DNA from: an uncultured Gammaproteobacteria bacterium
GTDB taxonomy: Bacteria; Pseudomonadota; Gammaproteobacteria; UBA6429; Thiohalophilaceae
Assembly: GCA_913064945.1 (NCBI GenBank)
Contig: CAJYAN010000008.1
Location: forward strand, 7,440-71,439
Direction: 5' to 3'
DNA: 64,000 nucleotides
Shown one piece after another: positions 1 through 11,541 of the stretch (positions are counted from its first letter, which is position 1; the number at the start of each line of letters is the position of its first letter). The notes under the pieces were generated by a model. It made no database searches. It was given only the letters and a program-made list of their open reading frames with translations, and had not been told where the DNA came from. The translations under genes and the position numbers were made by a program.

Positions 1-2907
1 AGGTCGCAGGCGTAAACGACAGGCCTCGAGAGTCGCTTCCAGCAATCCATGTCCGGCTTTCCGCATGGAGTTAGCAAAACTGATGATTAAAATAGCATTT
101 TTTGCCGACAGACCAATAACCGCGATCATGCCGACTTTAAAATAGACATCGTTTTCCAGTCCGCGCAGCCAGGTAAAAGTAACGGCACCCAGTATACCCA
201 GTGGCACCACGAGCATAACCGCCACAGGTACCGACCAGCTCTCATAGAGAGCCGCAAGCACCAGAAATACAACCAGCAGGGATAATACAAACAGGATCGG
301 TGTTTGCTGGCCGGATAGGATTTCCTGAAATGACTGCCCCGACCATTCAAAACCGATGCCAGCGGGCAAGGCCTGTTTGACAATATTTTCCATTGCCGCC
401 ATGGCTTCCCCGGAACTATGTCCGGGAGCGGCACCCCCATTAATTTGGATGCTCTGAAAGCCGTTATAGTGATCGACCGCCGGCGGTGCGAGTGTCCAGC
501 TTGACGAGACAACACTACTCAAGGGCACCATATTGTCAAAACCATCCTGTTCTCCAGGGAGATAATAACGATCCAGATCACTTGGCCGGCTGCGGTAAGG
601 TCCATCCGCCTGCAAAAGTACCTTGAGGACACGGCCCTGATAATTGAAGTCATTGGCATAAACCGGTGCCAGCATCAAATGAATGGTGTTGTATATATCG
701 GTAAGAGACAGGCCCATGGATTTTGCCAACGCCCGGTCGACCTTTAGATGCAGCTCAGGTGAATCCTCCAGTTGATTGGGTCGCACACCATAGAGGACGG
801 GATTTTTGGCCGCCGCGCCAAGCAGAATATTGCGTGCCTGGATGAGTTTATCCCGACCGAGTCCGGCGCGATCCTCGAGGCGGAAGTCAAAGCCGCCAAA
901 ACGTCCCAGCCCCCGAATGGTCGGTAGATTAACGACAAAAATACGGGCACCCTTGATACTCTGCAAGGCACCATTCGCCCAGTGAATAAAGCTCGTCACC
1001 TGTTCACTCGACTTGGTTCGTTCACTCCAGTCCTTTAGGCGAATAAAACCCAGGCCGACGTTCTCACCCTGACCGACAAAGCTGAAGCCGGCCACATCCA
1101 GTACTTTATCCACCGCGGGATGCTTCTGTATAATCGTCTCCATCTTGCGTAATACGGCACCGGTTCGCGCCATATTGGCACCGGGAGGTAGCTGGATAAT
1201 GGCAAGTGCATAACCCTGGTCTTCTTCGGGCAAAAAGCTGGTTGGAAGTCGTGAAAACAACAGTAAGGCAAGACCACCGAGTACCAGAAAAGCGACCATC
1301 CACCGAGGTGTGTGTCGTATGGCCTGTGCGACACGACGTAGATAAGCACTACTAACGCCCAGGTAGAAGCGGTTAAAGCCACGCAGGAAGCGATTGGGTT
1401 CGCCATGTGATGGCTTGAGCAGAGTGGCACACAGGGCAGGTGTGAAACTGAGTGCCATCAGCGCCGAAATCGACATTGAGATGGCAATGGTCAACGAAAA
1501 TTGGCGGTAGATAGCGCCGACACTGCCCCCGACCAGGGCCATGGGAATAAAGACCGCCGCCAGTACCGAAGTCATGGCGATAACGGCACCCGTAATCTGC
1601 CCCATGGCCTTGCGTGTGGCCTCTTTGGGTGACAGTCCCTCCTCCGTCATGATGCGTTCGACGTTTTCCACCACCACAATAGCATCGTCAACGACCAGAC
1701 CAATCGCCAGCACCAGCGCAAACAAACTCAGGACATTAATGGAAAAGCCCGCTAGGTACATACCGGCGAAGGCACTGGTCAGGGCGATGGGAACGACCAG
1801 GGTAGGAATCAGAGTTGCACGCAGGTTTTGTAGAAATAACAGCATGACCAGAAAGACCAGCACAACGGCCTCGATGAGTGTATAGAGCACTTCATGAATA
1901 GAGATACTGACAAACTTGGTACTGTCGTATGGTGTAAACCAGCTGACGCCAGCGGGAAAGTAATGGGAAAGCTGATCCATTTTTGTGCGTACGGCATCAG
2001 CGACATCCAGGGCATTGGCCCCTGGCGCGAGTAAAATGGCAAGTCCGGCAATCGGTTCACCATTGACATGGACGTCATGACCATAGGATTCGGCACCCAG
2101 CGCAATGCGCGCTACATCCTTGAGACGGATTTTACTGCCATCAGGGTTGGAACGCAGGATGATGTCAGCAAACTGTTCGGGCGTGTCGAAGCGATTGGCA
2201 GCCGTCACCGAGGCCGTAAAGCCGAGGCCTTCAGGTGCGGGTTCGGCACCGATATTCCCTGCCGCGATCTGAATATTTTGTTCACGGACGGCGGCCAGAA
2301 CCTGGCTGGCACTTAAGCCGTAACCATGCAGCTTGTCTGGATTAAGCCAGATACGCATGGCATAGGCAGAACCAAATAGATTGGCGCTGCCGACGCCTGG
2401 CAGACGCTGGATCGAATCCATGACCTGGGCGGCGATCACGTTATTGAGGGCGTAGGTATCCAGGCTGGGATCGGTTGATTGCAAGGCCACAACCATCAGA
2501 AAATCATTATTGGCCTTGGCGACCGTAATACCATTCTGTACCACTTCCTGGGGTAGACGTGACTGCGCCACATTCAGACGATTTTGGACCTGCACCGCCG
2601 CGATATCGGCATCGGTTCCCGTGTCGAACGTTAGCGTAATCTGGATCGTACCGTTAGAACGTGATGTTGAGTCAAAGTACAGCAGGTTATCAATCCCTGT
2701 TAATTGCTGTTCAATGACCGAGGTAACCGTCTTGTCAAGCACCTGCGCACTTGCGCCGGGATAACTGGCACTGATACTGATTTGAGGTGGCGCAATCGAA
2801 GGATACGCTGACACGGGTAACTTAAAGACAGCGACACTACCCGCCAGGGTAATCAGAATCGCCACTACCCAGGCGAAGATGGGACGATCTATAAAGAAAC
2901 TCGGCAT
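1..2907 (-). CDS. RND (HAE1-type) efflux permease, AcrB/MexB-like; C-terminus cut by the window edge
   Basis: Absent from the ORF track because it runs off the window. My translation of the minus strand from the ATG at 2907..2905 gives MPSFFIDRPIFAWVVAILITLAGS... It stays open for all 969 codons down to base 1. It contains AcrB-family strings such as VVDDAIVVVENVERIM and LYESWSVPVAVMLVVPLG. It lies directly downstream of the adaptor gene. Confidence 0.9.
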   Translation of the reverse strand, partial: MPSFFIDRPIFAWVVAILITLAGSVAVFKLPVSAYPSIAPPQISISASYPGASAQVLDKTVTSVIEQQLTGIDNLLYFDSTSRSNGTIQITLTFDTGTDADIAAVQVQNRLNVAQSRLPQEVVQNGITVAKANNDFLMVVALQSTDPSLDTYALNNVIAAQVMDSIQRLPGVGSANLFGSAYAMRIWLNPDKLHGYGLSASQVLAAVREQNIQIAAGNIGAEPAPEGLGFTASVTAANRFDTPEQFADIILRSNPDGSKIRLKDVARIALGAESYGHDVHVNGEPIAGLAILLAPGANALDVADAVRTKMDQLSHYFPAGVSWFTPYDSTKFVSISIHEVLYTLIEAVVLVFLVMLLFLQNLRATLIPTLVVPIALTSAFAGMYLAGFSINVLSLFALVLAIGLVVDDAIVVVENVERIMTEEGLSPKEATRKAMGQITGAVIAMTSVLAAVFIPMALVGGSVGAIYRQFSLTIAISMSISALMALSFTPALCATLLKPSHGEPNRFLRGFNRFYLGVSSAYLRRVAQAIRHTPRWMVAFLVLGGLALLLFSRLPTSFLPEEDQGYALAIIQLPPGANMARTGAVLRKMETIIQKHPAVDKVLDVAGFSFVGQGENVGLGFIRLKDWSERTKSSEQVTSFIHWANGALQSIKGARIFVVNLPTIRGLGRFGGFDFRLEDRAGLGRDKLIQARNILLGAAAKNPVLYGVRPNQLEDSPELHLKVDRALAKSMGLSLTDIYNTIHLMLAPVYANDFNYQGRVLKVLLQADGPYRSRPSDLDRYYLPGEQDGFDNMVPLSSVVSSSWTLAPPAVDHYNGFQSIQINGGAAPGHSSGEAMAAMENIVKQALPAGIGFEWSGQSFQEILSGQQTPILFVLSLLVVFLVLAALYESWSVPVAVMLVVPLGILGAVTFTWLRGLENDVYFKVGMIAVIGLSAKNAILIISFANSMRKAGHGLLEATLEACRLRLRP

Positions 2908-2916
2908 TCAGAACTC

Positions 2917-4086
2917 CTAGGAACGAGCCGCAGGTTTGACGGTGGCGGGCTTGTTTGCACCGGCATTAGCTGGTGCAACCCTGGCCATTGCGCCAGGACG
3001 AACCTTTTGCAGGCCATCGAAAATGACTCGATCACCCTCTGCCAGCGCACCGGTAACGATCCAGTCACTGGCGGTCATTTCATGTGTCTGCACACGGCGT
3101 TGTTCAACCTTGCCGTCGGCAGCGACCACCAGGACATAGGCACCTTGCTGATCGCGAAGTATGGTTGCCTGGGGCAGTTTAAAGGCATGATCAAGGTGTG
3201 CCAGCGTAATGCGTAGATGGACGAACATACCCGGCAGGAGTTTACGCCCCGGGTTGGGAATGACAGCGCGCATTGAGACCGTCCCGGTACGGGGGTCGAC
3301 GGTCATGGCAGAAAAATCCAGCTTCCCCGGCTGTGTGTAGACCGATCCATCGGAGAGTATCACCTCGACGGCGGTTTCGCCTGGCGGTGCGTTGGTCGCG
3401 CTGGCAGTCTGCTGGAGCTGTTGAAGCTGACGGGCAGACTGACTGAAATTCACATACAGGGGATCGATCTGCTCAACCGTCGTGAGCTGAGTGGCTTCCC
3501 CCTGGCCAACCAGGGCACCCTCCGTGACAAGCGCTCTGCCTGCATGACCCGCTATGGGTGCTGTCACCGTGGCATAGCCAAGATCAAGCTGGGCCTTTTC
3601 CAGATTAGCCTGGGCCTGATTTACCGCCGCCGCCGTCGTACGCTGATTGGAAAGGGCTGTGTCGAGGTCCTGTGAGGCCAACAGGCCCTTGGCCGCCAAG
3701 CCTTTATATCGCTTGGCAATCAGGGCGGCATTCGTGGCATCGGCACGGGCCTTCGCAAGGGCGGCCTCCTGAATATGCAAAGCGGCCCGGAGTGATGCAG
3801 GATCAATCTGAAACAACACCTGGCCCTGATGAACATCCGAGCCCTCAGTATATTCGCGTTTAAGAACCACCCCGGCGACGCGCGCCCTCACCTCGGCGAT
3901 GCGACTCGCCGCCAGCATGCCCACGGTCTCGCGGGTTAGCGGTACAGACTCGGCATGTGCAGGGACGACGCTGACTTCGGGGGCGGGTCGTTGTGCCGGG
4001 GGACTTGCCTTTTGACACGCGCTGAGTAGTACAACGGCACAGACACCTACTCCTAGCATCAGGCGCTGCCTGGAAAGAGGTTTCAT
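2917..4086 (-). CDS. RND efflux periplasmic adaptor (membrane fusion protein), AcrA-like lipoprotein
   Basis: 389 aa with the lipobox LLSAC near the N-terminus. Coiled-coil and beta-barrel MFP-type sequence (QVLFQIDP..., LDLGYATVTAPIAG). Only 10 bp upstream of the RND permease. Confidence 0.88.
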   Translation of the reverse strand: MKPLSRQRLMLGVGVCAVVLLSACQKASPPAQRPAPEVSVVPAHAESVPLTRETVGMLAASRIAEVRARVAGVVLKREYTEGSDVHQGQVLFQIDPASLRAALHIQEAALAKARADATNAALIAKRYKGLAAKGLLASQDLDTALSNQRTTAAAVNQAQANLEKAQLDLGYATVTAPIAGHAGRALVTEGALVGQGEATQLTTVEQIDPLYVNFSQSARQLQQLQQTASATNAPPGETAVEVILSDGSVYTQPGKLDFSAMTVDPRTGTVSMRAVIPNPGRKLLPGMFVHLRITLAHLDHAFKLPQATILRDQQGAYVLVVAADGKVEQRRVQTHEMTASDWIVTGALAEGDRVIFDGLQKVRPGAMARVAPANAGANKPATVKPAARS

Positions 4087-4158
4087 GCTAAAACTCCTTT
4101 GGTTAAAACCTTTCCACTGATGACATTATCAGCGGTTGTTTACGCTATTCTATATGCG

Positions 4159-6552
4159 CTATTGATGTTGCCATTGCCACTGGAGAATCTCCGGCATGTC
4201 CTGGCCCACATGGGTGATATAGTGTTTATGGTCCGTTAGTTTATCGCGCATTTGTTGTTTTAGATAGGCTGCACGATACCCCAGTTTCGGTACGCGGTCG
4301 ATAACATCCATCACCAGATGAAAACGATCCAGGTCATTGAGTACCGTCATATCAAAAGGTGTGGTGGTTGTGCCCTCTTCTTTATAACCTCGCACGTGTA
4401 GATTTTTATGGTTCGTGCGGCGATAGGCCAGACGATGGATCAGCCAGGGGTAACCATGAAAGGCAAACAGAATAGGCTTGTCGGTCGTAAACAGGCTGTC
4501 AAAATCCTTATCCTGTAGTCCGTCCGGGTGTTCCTCATGGGGTTGCAGGGTCATCAGGTCCACGACATTAATCACCCGAATTTTTAGTTCAGGGATGTGT
4601 TTATTTAGAATCTGCACGGCCGCCAGGGTTTCGATGGTTGGCACGTCGCCAGCACAGGCCATCACAACATCCGGCTCATCCTGCTGATCATTGCTGGCCC
4701 AATCCCAGATGCCGATTCCGTTCCTGCAGTGGGCAATGGCGGCATTCATATCCAGCCACTGAGGGCTGGGCTGTTTACCGGCAACGATGACATTGACCCG
4801 GTCTCGACTACGCAGGCACTTATTGGCAACATAGAGCAGTGAGTTGGCATCCGGTGGTAAGTAAACTCGCACGATATTGGCTTTTTTGTTAATGACGTGG
4901 TCGATAAAACCGGGGTCCTGGTGAGAAAAGCCGTTATGGTCCTGTCGCCAGACATGCGAAGTCAGGAGAATGTTTAATGAGGCAATAGGTCGTCGCCAGG
5001 GGATTTCCTGGCTGACCTTGAGCCATTTGGCATGCTGGTTAAACATCGAGTCAATAATATGAATAAAGGCCTCGTAACAGGAGAAGAAACCGTGCCGGCC
5101 CGTCAGCAGATAGCCTTCCAGCCAACCCTGGCAGGTATGTTCGGAAAGCATCTCCATGACCCGGCCATCCGCAGCCAGGTGATCGTCGCCTGCGACCGTC
5201 TCGGCCATCCAGGTTCGGTTGGTGACGTCTAATATCGCCCCGAGGCGATTGGAGACAGTTTCATCCGGGCCCATGACACGAAAATTTTGCTGTGTATGAT
5301 TCATTTGCATAATATCACGCAGATAATCACCGAGGCGTCGTGTGGCTTCGCCCTGAACACTCCCTGGTTGTGGCACAGTCAGGGCATATTCTGTGAACTC
5401 GGGCAATTTAAGATCACGCAACAACAGACCGCCGTTGCTATGGGGGTTGAGCCCCATGCGCCGTTGACCCTGAGGGGCCAGTGCGGCCAGTTCAGCGATA
5501 AGACTCCCGTGCTCATCAAATAATGCCTCTGGCTGGTAACTCTTGAGCCAGTTTTCAAGGATAGTGATGTGTTCCGGTTTGCTGGCCAGTTCGGCAAACG
5601 GCACCTGATGGGCACGCCAGGTTCCTTCCAGCGGCACACCGTCGACTTCTTTCGGGCAGGTCCAGCCCTTTGGTGTACGCAGAATAATCATCGGCCAGCG
5701 TGGCCGAGACAAATCACCACCACCACGTGCCTGAGTCTGTATCGAGCGGATGTCTTCGAGGACCTTGTCCAGTGTGGCGGCCATCGCCTGATGCACCTGC
5801 AGTGGATCCTCACCTTCAATAAAATACGGCTGATAGCCGTAACCTATAAAGAGTTGACGTAATTCATCGTGACTAATTCGCGCGAGTACCGTCGGGCTGG
5901 CGATCTTGTAACCATTCAGGTGCAGGATGGGTAAGACGGCACCGTCTCGCTGAGGGTCTAGGAATTTATTTGAGTGCCAGGCGGTAGCCAGGGGACCGGT
6001 TTCGGCTTCGCCATCACCAACCACACAGGTGACAATAAGGTCGGGGTTATCAAACGCCGCACCATAGGCATGACTCAGGGAATAACCCAGTTCACCACCT
6101 TCATGGATCGAGCCGGGCGTTTCCGGTGCGGTATGACTGGGTATCCCGCCGGGGAATGAGAACTGACGGAAAAGTTTTTTCATACCACTTTGATCTTGCG
6201 TAATATTTGGATAAAGCTCGGTATAGCTCCCTTCAAGATATGTATTGGCGACGATCCCCGGTGCGCCATGGCCTGGGCCTGTGACATATAATATATTCAG
6301 GTCATGCGCGATTATTACCCGGTTCAGGTGTGCATAGATCAGGTTCAAGCCTGGTGTCGTCCCCCAGTGACCCAGAAGGCGTGGCTTGAGATGTTCCAGT
6401 GTCAGTGGTGTTTTCAGTAATGGATTATCCAGCAAATATATCTGGCCAATTGACAGGAAATTTGCCGCACGCCAATAGGCATCAATTTTTGATAGTTCGC
6501 TGGCGGATAATGGCTGATTTGAAAGCGTCGATGTTGAGGCAATATGATTCAT
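4159..6552 (-). CDS. xfp: Xylulose-5-P/fructose-6-P phosphoketolase
   Basis: 797 aa. Contains the XFP signatures [10 protein letters not shown] and [17 protein letters not shown] and the TPP-binding GDGEAETGP. The length is typical of phosphoketolases. Confidence 0.95.
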   Translation of the reverse strand: MNHIASTSTLSNQPLSASELSKIDAYWRAANFLSIGQIYLLDNPLLKTPLTLEHLKPRLLGHWGTTPGLNLIYAHLNRVIIAHDLNILYVTGPGHGAPGIVANTYLEGSYTELYPNITQDQSGMKKLFRQFSFPGGIPSHTAPETPGSIHEGGELGYSLSHAYGAAFDNPDLIVTCVVGDGEAETGPLATAWHSNKFLDPQRDGAVLPILHLNGYKIASPTVLARISHDELRQLFIGYGYQPYFIEGEDPLQVHQAMAATLDKVLEDIRSIQTQARGGGDLSRPRWPMIILRTPKGWTCPKEVDGVPLEGTWRAHQVPFAELASKPEHITILENWLKSYQPEALFDEHGSLIAELAALAPQGQRRMGLNPHSNGGLLLRDLKLPEFTEYALTVPQPGSVQGEATRRLGDYLRDIMQMNHTQQNFRVMGPDETVSNRLGAILDVTNRTWMAETVAGDDHLAADGRVMEMLSEHTCQGWLEGYLLTGRHGFFSCYEAFIHIIDSMFNQHAKWLKVSQEIPWRRPIASLNILLTSHVWRQDHNGFSHQDPGFIDHVINKKANIVRVYLPPDANSLLYVANKCLRSRDRVNVIVAGKQPSPQWLDMNAAIAHCRNGIGIWDWASNDQQDEPDVVMACAGDVPTIETLAAVQILNKHIPELKIRVINVVDLMTLQPHEEHPDGLQDKDFDSLFTTDKPILFAFHGYPWLIHRLAYRRTNHKNLHVRGYKEEGTTTTPFDMTVLNDLDRFHLVMDVIDRVPKLGYRAAYLKQQMRDKLTDHKHYITHVGQDMPEILQWQWQHQ

Positions 6553-6593
6553 GATAAAACTCCTTTTACTAACATGTCGTGCATCCTGGTGGT

Positions 6594-7787
6594 TTAAGTT
6601 GTTTGAGACAGGCTTGCCATCAGGTTTGCGGTATGCTGAACAATCATCTGTTCTTCATTGGTCGGTATTACCAACACCGATACGCGGCTACTGGCACTGC
6701 TGATCTGTAGGGCGTTGGCCTGATTGACATCGACATCAATATCGATGCCCAGCCAGGCGGCAGTTCGACAAATGTTTGCTCGTACTGCAGCAGCATGCTC
6801 ACCAATACCACCGGTAAAGACCAGAACATCAAGACCACCCAGCGCCATAGCTAATGAACCCAGCTCACGACTAACGCGATAGCAAAAAATATCAACCCCG
6901 CTGGCGGCGTTGGTCTCTGTGCTCTTTAAAAGTATTTGCATATCATGGCTAATACCGGAGAGTCCCAGCAGGCCGGACTGATGATGTAACAGGTCAGAAA
7001 CTTCCTCTGTAGTCATGCCCTGAGCCAGCAAATACAACACAATGGCCGGGTCGATGCTGCCACAGCGTGTGCCCATGGGTAAGCCATCCAGTGGAGTAAA
7101 ACTCATCGTCGTCGCGATGCTCTGTCGATTTTTCACGGCACACATGCTGACACCATGGCCGAGGTGAGCAATAACGACATTGGCGCTTGCAGCAGCAGTT
7201 ATATAATCTGGCAAAATATGCGTAATATACTCATACGACAGGCCATGAAAGCCGTAACGCTGTATGCCTTTATCAGATAATGATTGTGGTAGAGGCAAAC
7301 GTTTTTCATGCGCTGGCATACTGGTATGAAAGGCGGTATCAAAACAGGCGACATGCGGTGTATGTGGATATTGGCGTAATAAAACTTCAATAGCCTGTAA
7401 GGCATGCGGTTGATGCAAAGGGGCTAATGGAATTAGTGCTTTTAACTCTGTCAGGACGTTGTGATCAATACGCACCGGCTTTATGAAATGATGTCCACCA
7501 TGTACCACACGATGGCCAATGGCTATAATTCGCAATTCAGTAGCCTTCTGGGCCACCCAGTTCAGAATGATTTGCAAGGCTTCTGAATGATTGTCGGCGC
7601 TGACCGACTGGTCTACGCCGATCGACGATTCTGACGTACCTGTGGTGTAAAAATGTGCTTGCGTTGCTATGTCCGTAACCTTTCCCTTATAAAGTCGCTG
7701 AAATGAATTTTGCATCTCATCATGGGCATAGATTGCAAACTTGATGCTGGAGGAACCCGCATTCATAATCAAAATAACATCATTCAT
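6594..7787 (-). CDS. ackA: Acetate kinase
   Basis: 397 aa. The N-terminus [16 protein letters not shown] and the HRVVHGG motif are typical of acetate/propionate kinases. It sits between xfp and tal with short gaps on the same strand. Confidence 0.93.
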   Translation of the reverse strand: MNDVILIMNAGSSSIKFAIYAHDEMQNSFQRLYKGKVTDIATQAHFYTTGTSESSIGVDQSVSADNHSEALQIILNWVAQKATELRIIAIGHRVVHGGHHFIKPVRIDHNVLTELKALIPLAPLHQPHALQAIEVLLRQYPHTPHVACFDTAFHTSMPAHEKRLPLPQSLSDKGIQRYGFHGLSYEYITHILPDYITAAASANVVIAHLGHGVSMCAVKNRQSIATTMSFTPLDGLPMGTRCGSIDPAIVLYLLAQGMTTEEVSDLLHHQSGLLGLSGISHDMQILLKSTETNAASGVDIFCYRVSRELGSLAMALGGLDVLVFTGGIGEHAAAVRANICRTAAWLGIDIDVDVNQANALQISSASSRVSVLVIPTNEEQMIVQHTANLMASLSQTT

Positions 7788-7826
7788 GCGATTGCCTCGG
7801 ACGCGTGCCGCTCGTGCACCAATTTT

Positions 7827-8930
7827 TTAGTGTAAACGCTGACGCAAATTTTCAAACAATGTGGTGTAGGCCGTTGTGAATTTATCGACGCCCTCTCTCT
7901 CCAGTTGATAGGTTAAGCTCTTGAGATCAAGTCCGATATCGGCAAGTCCGTTCAGTGTGTTGTGCGCCACATCGAGGTCGTCTTCGAGACGAGTCATCGG
8001 TTGGCCATGGTCTCGATAGGCCGCAAGCGTCTCAGGTGGCAAGGTGTTGATAGTGTCTTTACCAATCAGCGCGTCGACGTATTTGATGTCAGTATAGTTT
8101 GGGTCCTTGGTCGAGGTGGAAGCCCATAACAGACGTTGAGAACTTGCCCCGGCAGCAGCCAGACGTTGCCAGCGGTCGCCAGAAAATAGTCGTTTATAGT
8201 GCTGATACGCCAGGCGGGCCGATGCAACGGCGGTCTTGCCCCGAAGGCTTGTCACGATCGATTGATTAACAGCGGTTGCCAGAACGTCGAGCTTTTTATC
8301 CACCAGAGTATCAATACGGCTTAAAAAGAAACTGGCAACTGACGCCACGGAATCGATAGCCTCACCTCGCTGCAAGCGTGCCTCCAGTCCAGACAAATAG
8401 CTCTCAGCAACCTGTTGATATCGCTGTAGACTAAACAATAAAGTGGCATTGATATTAATACCTTCACTGATCAATTGCTGAATTGCCGCTACGCCGGCAA
8501 GAGTGGCCGGAACTTTGATCATACTATTGGGGCGGTCTAACGCCGCCCATAATCGTCTGGCTTCGTCGATGGTGGCTGCTGTATCATCGGCCAGTTGCGG
8601 GGCTACCTCAAAGCTGACATAACCATCACGACCCTGTGTCCCATCAAAAACCGGCCGCAATAAATCGGCTGCCTGCTGTAAGTCGGCGATGGCCAGTTGT
8701 TCATAAAGCCTATCGACAGTGGCCCCGGACATGCTTTTGATCGCGGCGTCATAGTCGTGATGTTCAGTGATGGCTTTTTCAAAGATCGCCGGGTTTGACG
8801 TTACGCCACAAAGACCATCCTGGGTAATCAGCTTTTGAAACTCGCCACTCTGCAATAAGTCTCGCTGGATGTAGTCTAACCAGATACTTTGTCCCAGGCC
8901 TTTGACATCGATCAAGGGATTATTTTTCAT
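7827..8930 (-). CDS. tal: Transaldolase (long form)
   Basis: 367 aa. Contains GQSIWLDYIQRDLL, GVTSNPAIFEKAI and the active-site-type region MIKVPAT. Confidence 0.9.
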   Translation of the reverse strand: MKNNPLIDVKGLGQSIWLDYIQRDLLQSGEFQKLITQDGLCGVTSNPAIFEKAITEHHDYDAAIKSMSGATVDRLYEQLAIADLQQAADLLRPVFDGTQGRDGYVSFEVAPQLADDTAATIDEARRLWAALDRPNSMIKVPATLAGVAAIQQLISEGININATLLFSLQRYQQVAESYLSGLEARLQRGEAIDSVASVASFFLSRIDTLVDKKLDVLATAVNQSIVTSLRGKTAVASARLAYQHYKRLFSGDRWQRLAAAGASSQRLLWASTSTKDPNYTDIKYVDALIGKDTINTLPPETLAAYRDHGQPMTRLEDDLDVAHNTLNGLADIGLDLKSLTYQLEREGVDKFTTAYTTLFENLRQRLH

Positions 8931-9494
8931 GACTTTCCTTTATTATCGTTGGATATAACACGTCACACCAGCCGATGCGTTGTTGGCGGATAAAGCACAC
9001 CTGCTGCATCCGTGACGATAGGCGTTGGCAGGTTCAATGTTACAACGCTGCAAAGCCCACGTGAGCATGACAAAATAATGTCAGGCACCTTCTATTTGGC
9101 ATTGAATTGCAAGCAAAGTTCATCAGGATATACTCCTGCGCCAAAATTGACCTCGGCCCCTGAGGTCTCCCCACAAATTTGCGATCAAACACTGTGGATT
9201 ACTTAATATCAACTTAAACATAATGCAAAAAACCTGTCATTGCGATGGAGTGAAGCGTCCTAATGGTTGCCCTCCGTAACTGACGCCATCTCGTGACGCA
9301 CGGTATATTCTCAAGATTGCCGCGCCAACACTGAAATAGAGTCATTTTTGAGTGTTTTTTCGCAATGACCACTTGCTAAAACTGTAAGGGGAACAGTCAG
9401 CCTCAGCCCCGAATTCTGTGCCCGTCCAGCGATGACAAAGGCAGATCATCTTCCTGTCTAAAAAGCCTGTCTTTAACACGATTGTATGTGCCCG

Positions 9495-10049
9495 TCACAA
9501 TCTGATGCTCTGCCAATAGCTGCTGTTGTTCTTGTACGAAAGAAATCGGATTTTATGTTTGTCAGATAGTCGTGGTCCGCGACATGCGAACGGCGGTGTC
9601 CGCTGCTGTCTCCACATCCGATGCGGGCCAATGATGGAGACATTCGTCAGCGTCTCGATGCCAACATTGACGCTCAACCTGCCCTTGGTATGTCTGACGT
9701 TGACTACATACTGGTAGTCCGTGACCGTGACGACAGAGTGATATGAGCCAAGAACATTTTTATTATGTGCCGATGCTTCATCTTGCTGAGAGACATAAGT
9801 GTCGCCGACCTGTCTCACCGTCGGATGGCCAGCGCCAATAAGCGTTATCCACGAGTCGCCGAGGCTGTCGGTTTGATGGTATTTCGTAGACAGCTTAAGC
9901 CGAGGCAGGTCGCTGCTGACCTGCTGAGCTGGAAGCGGTAACAGACTGACTGCCGAAGCAAACCGTCGGAATATGGCGAGGTGGCTTTCTGAAGCATGTT
10001 GATGCGCCCCGCACGCCACGGGCGCATCATTCTTGGTTTGTGGCGGCAT
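9495..10049 (-). CDS. Hypothetical protein (doubtful ORF)
   Basis: 184-aa ORF, 39 bp downstream of the DUF2934-type gene on the same strand. I recognise no motif and the Shine-Dalgarno is weak. Its length is only borderline above chance for this GC content. Confidence 0.25.
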   Translation of the reverse strand: MPPQTKNDAPVACGAHQHASESHLAIFRRFASAVSLLPLPAQQVSSDLPRLKLSTKYHQTDSLGDSWITLIGAGHPTVRQVGDTYVSQQDEASAHNKNVLGSYHSVVTVTDYQYVVNVRHTKGRLSVNVGIETLTNVSIIGPHRMWRQQRTPPFACRGPRLSDKHKIRFLSYKNNSSYWQSIRL

Positions 10050-10088
10050 CGTGTCGCCTATCTGGTATGATGTGTAAGGTGTGTTAAC

Positions 10089-10328
10089 TTAGTGTCTCTC
10101 GGCGAAACGTGTATCAATAGTTGCTTCGGCCTGCAGCCAGTCATCCATGGCAAAATCGCCGTCAAAGCCGCGTCGCTCAGCAATCAGATAGGCTTCTTCG
10201 GCGATCATCTGCTGGCGGTCAGCACTCGAGGCCGATGCACCTTTCTGGTAGCCAGTGACGATTGCTTTATCTGTCGCGCTCTGCCTGGGCTTTGTCGTTG
10301 TTTTTGATACGGGGGTTTGTTGTGCCAT
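10089..10328 (-). CDS. Small DUF2934-type protein
   Basis: 79 aa. The C-terminal segment QMIAEEAYLIAERRGFDGDFAMDDWLQAEA fits the pattern I recall for DUF2934: (R)AY.i.e.rG....D.e.W..AE. Confidence 0.65.
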   Translation of the reverse strand: MAQQTPVSKTTTKPRQSATDKAIVTGYQKGASASSADRQQMIAEEAYLIAERRGFDGDFAMDDWLQAEATIDTRFAERH

Positions 10329-10717
10329 TGGTGTTTCTCCTTGTCTCCAATAAACGAAGTTGTAATCCAGAAACTGTTATACATCGACAATGTGAACAAT
10401 TTGTTACTGGCTTACCGGTAACGAGATGTAGCCCTAAAAAGCATATGCCAATTAGTCAATCCTGAGTGCAACGCGATAGCACGGCGACCATGAACAGACT
10501 AGGGAAAACTGGTTTATTAATCTAGCTGCGAAAACTACGTATAGACAGGTTTTGTTGCTGGGTGAGTAACGGAGTGAAGGCTCGAGTTCATGCTCAAAGA
10601 TGATGGCAGATCAACTGCTGCCTGAAGTGACATCATTCGTGTGATGTAAATAATTACTTGGCAGTGGCGCTTGGCGCGTTAACGTTAGTCCATTACTTCT
10701 CGATGCTTCATGATAAA

Positions 10718-10740
10718 CTGCGGCGGCTTACCCGCCGCAG
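10718..10740 (-). terminator. Hairpin terminator downstream of copB
   Basis: A perfect 9-bp GC-rich stem (ctgcggcgg / ccgccgcag) with a 5-nt loop, 13 bp after the copB stop. On the minus-strand RNA only a short UUUAU tract follows, so the call is moderate. Confidence 0.5.
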
Positions 10741-10752
10741 TATCTTGCTGGA

Positions 10753-11541
10753 TTACCACCAGGCACGTATCCCGGCGATATATTGCGTCTCACTGGCCCT
10801 GTTACCCACGCTACGCGCATAGTCGGCGGTTCCGCCATACTTTTGTGTCCACATCACACCAAGGTATGGTGAAAGTTCACGTCGTATGTCATAGCGCACG
10901 CGCAACGTTAGACTGGCGTCAGACAATCCAGATCCCAGATTTCGTTCGGGGTCGTCTTTACCATAGGCATTCATTTCCACTTCCGGCATGAACACCCAGC
11001 GCTGGGTCAGTAACAGGTCGTACTCTGCCTTAAAACGTAAAGCCGTCCGACCGTTATTACCCACATAGGCTGTAGTGTCCACCTCAAACAAATAAGGTGC
11101 CAGACCCTGAAAGCCGACACCCAGCCAGTCACGCGAGGGCGCATCGGCGGTGGAAAAGTCATGTCGGACACCAAACTGTGCATCCCAAAAGGCAGCAACG
11201 GCACGGCTGAAATACGCCTCCAGCTCAGCATCATCTGTCTTACCCTGAGCAAAATTGCCTTCAGTCTTAAGCCAGAGCTTGTTGATGTCGCCACCAACCC
11301 AGGCCTGAGCCTCCCAATACGAGATATCACCGCTGCTGCTATGGCGTCGCTCCAGACGATCAAGCATTACTTTGGTTAATATCGTCTCATCATGCATTGC
11401 GGATGGCCAGTTTTTTGCGCTGTCCTGCGCCTGCGCTGGTGATGTCATACCGAATATGAATGCCAATGCCAGTCCGGTAAGGTGCGTTATCATGGTGTAT
11501 TTCTTTTTCATTGCATTCTCCTCGTCACTGTTCTGTTTCAT
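10753..11541 (-). CDS. copB: Copper resistance protein B (outer-membrane CopB/PcoB family)
   Basis: 262 aa with a signal peptide ending AQAQD. CopB-type beta-barrel sequence (WDAQFGVRHDF..., ...GIRAWW C-terminus). Its start overlaps the copA stop in an ATGA junction at 11538-11541. Confidence 0.9.
   Translation of the reverse strand: MKQNSDEENAMKKKYTMITHLTGLALAFIFGMTSPAQAQDSAKNWPSAMHDETILTKVMLDRLERRHSSSGDISYWEAQAWVGGDINKLWLKTEGNFAQGKTDDAELEAYFSRAVAAFWDAQFGVRHDFSTADAPSRDWLGVGFQGLAPYLFEVDTTAYVGNNGRTALRFKAEYDLLLTQRWVFMPEVEMNAYGKDDPERNLGSGLSDASLTLRVRYDIRRELSPYLGVMWTQKYGGTADYARSVGNRASETQYIAGIRAWW

Noticed and set aside
126-2764. Only short, mutually overlapping ORFs are listed on both strands here, which could suggest a decayed pseudogene region.
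   Set aside because: My translation of the minus strand from 2907 to base 1 is one uninterrupted 969-codon AcrB-like frame. It is missing from the track only because it has no stop inside the window. The listed ORFs are off-frame or antisense artefacts.
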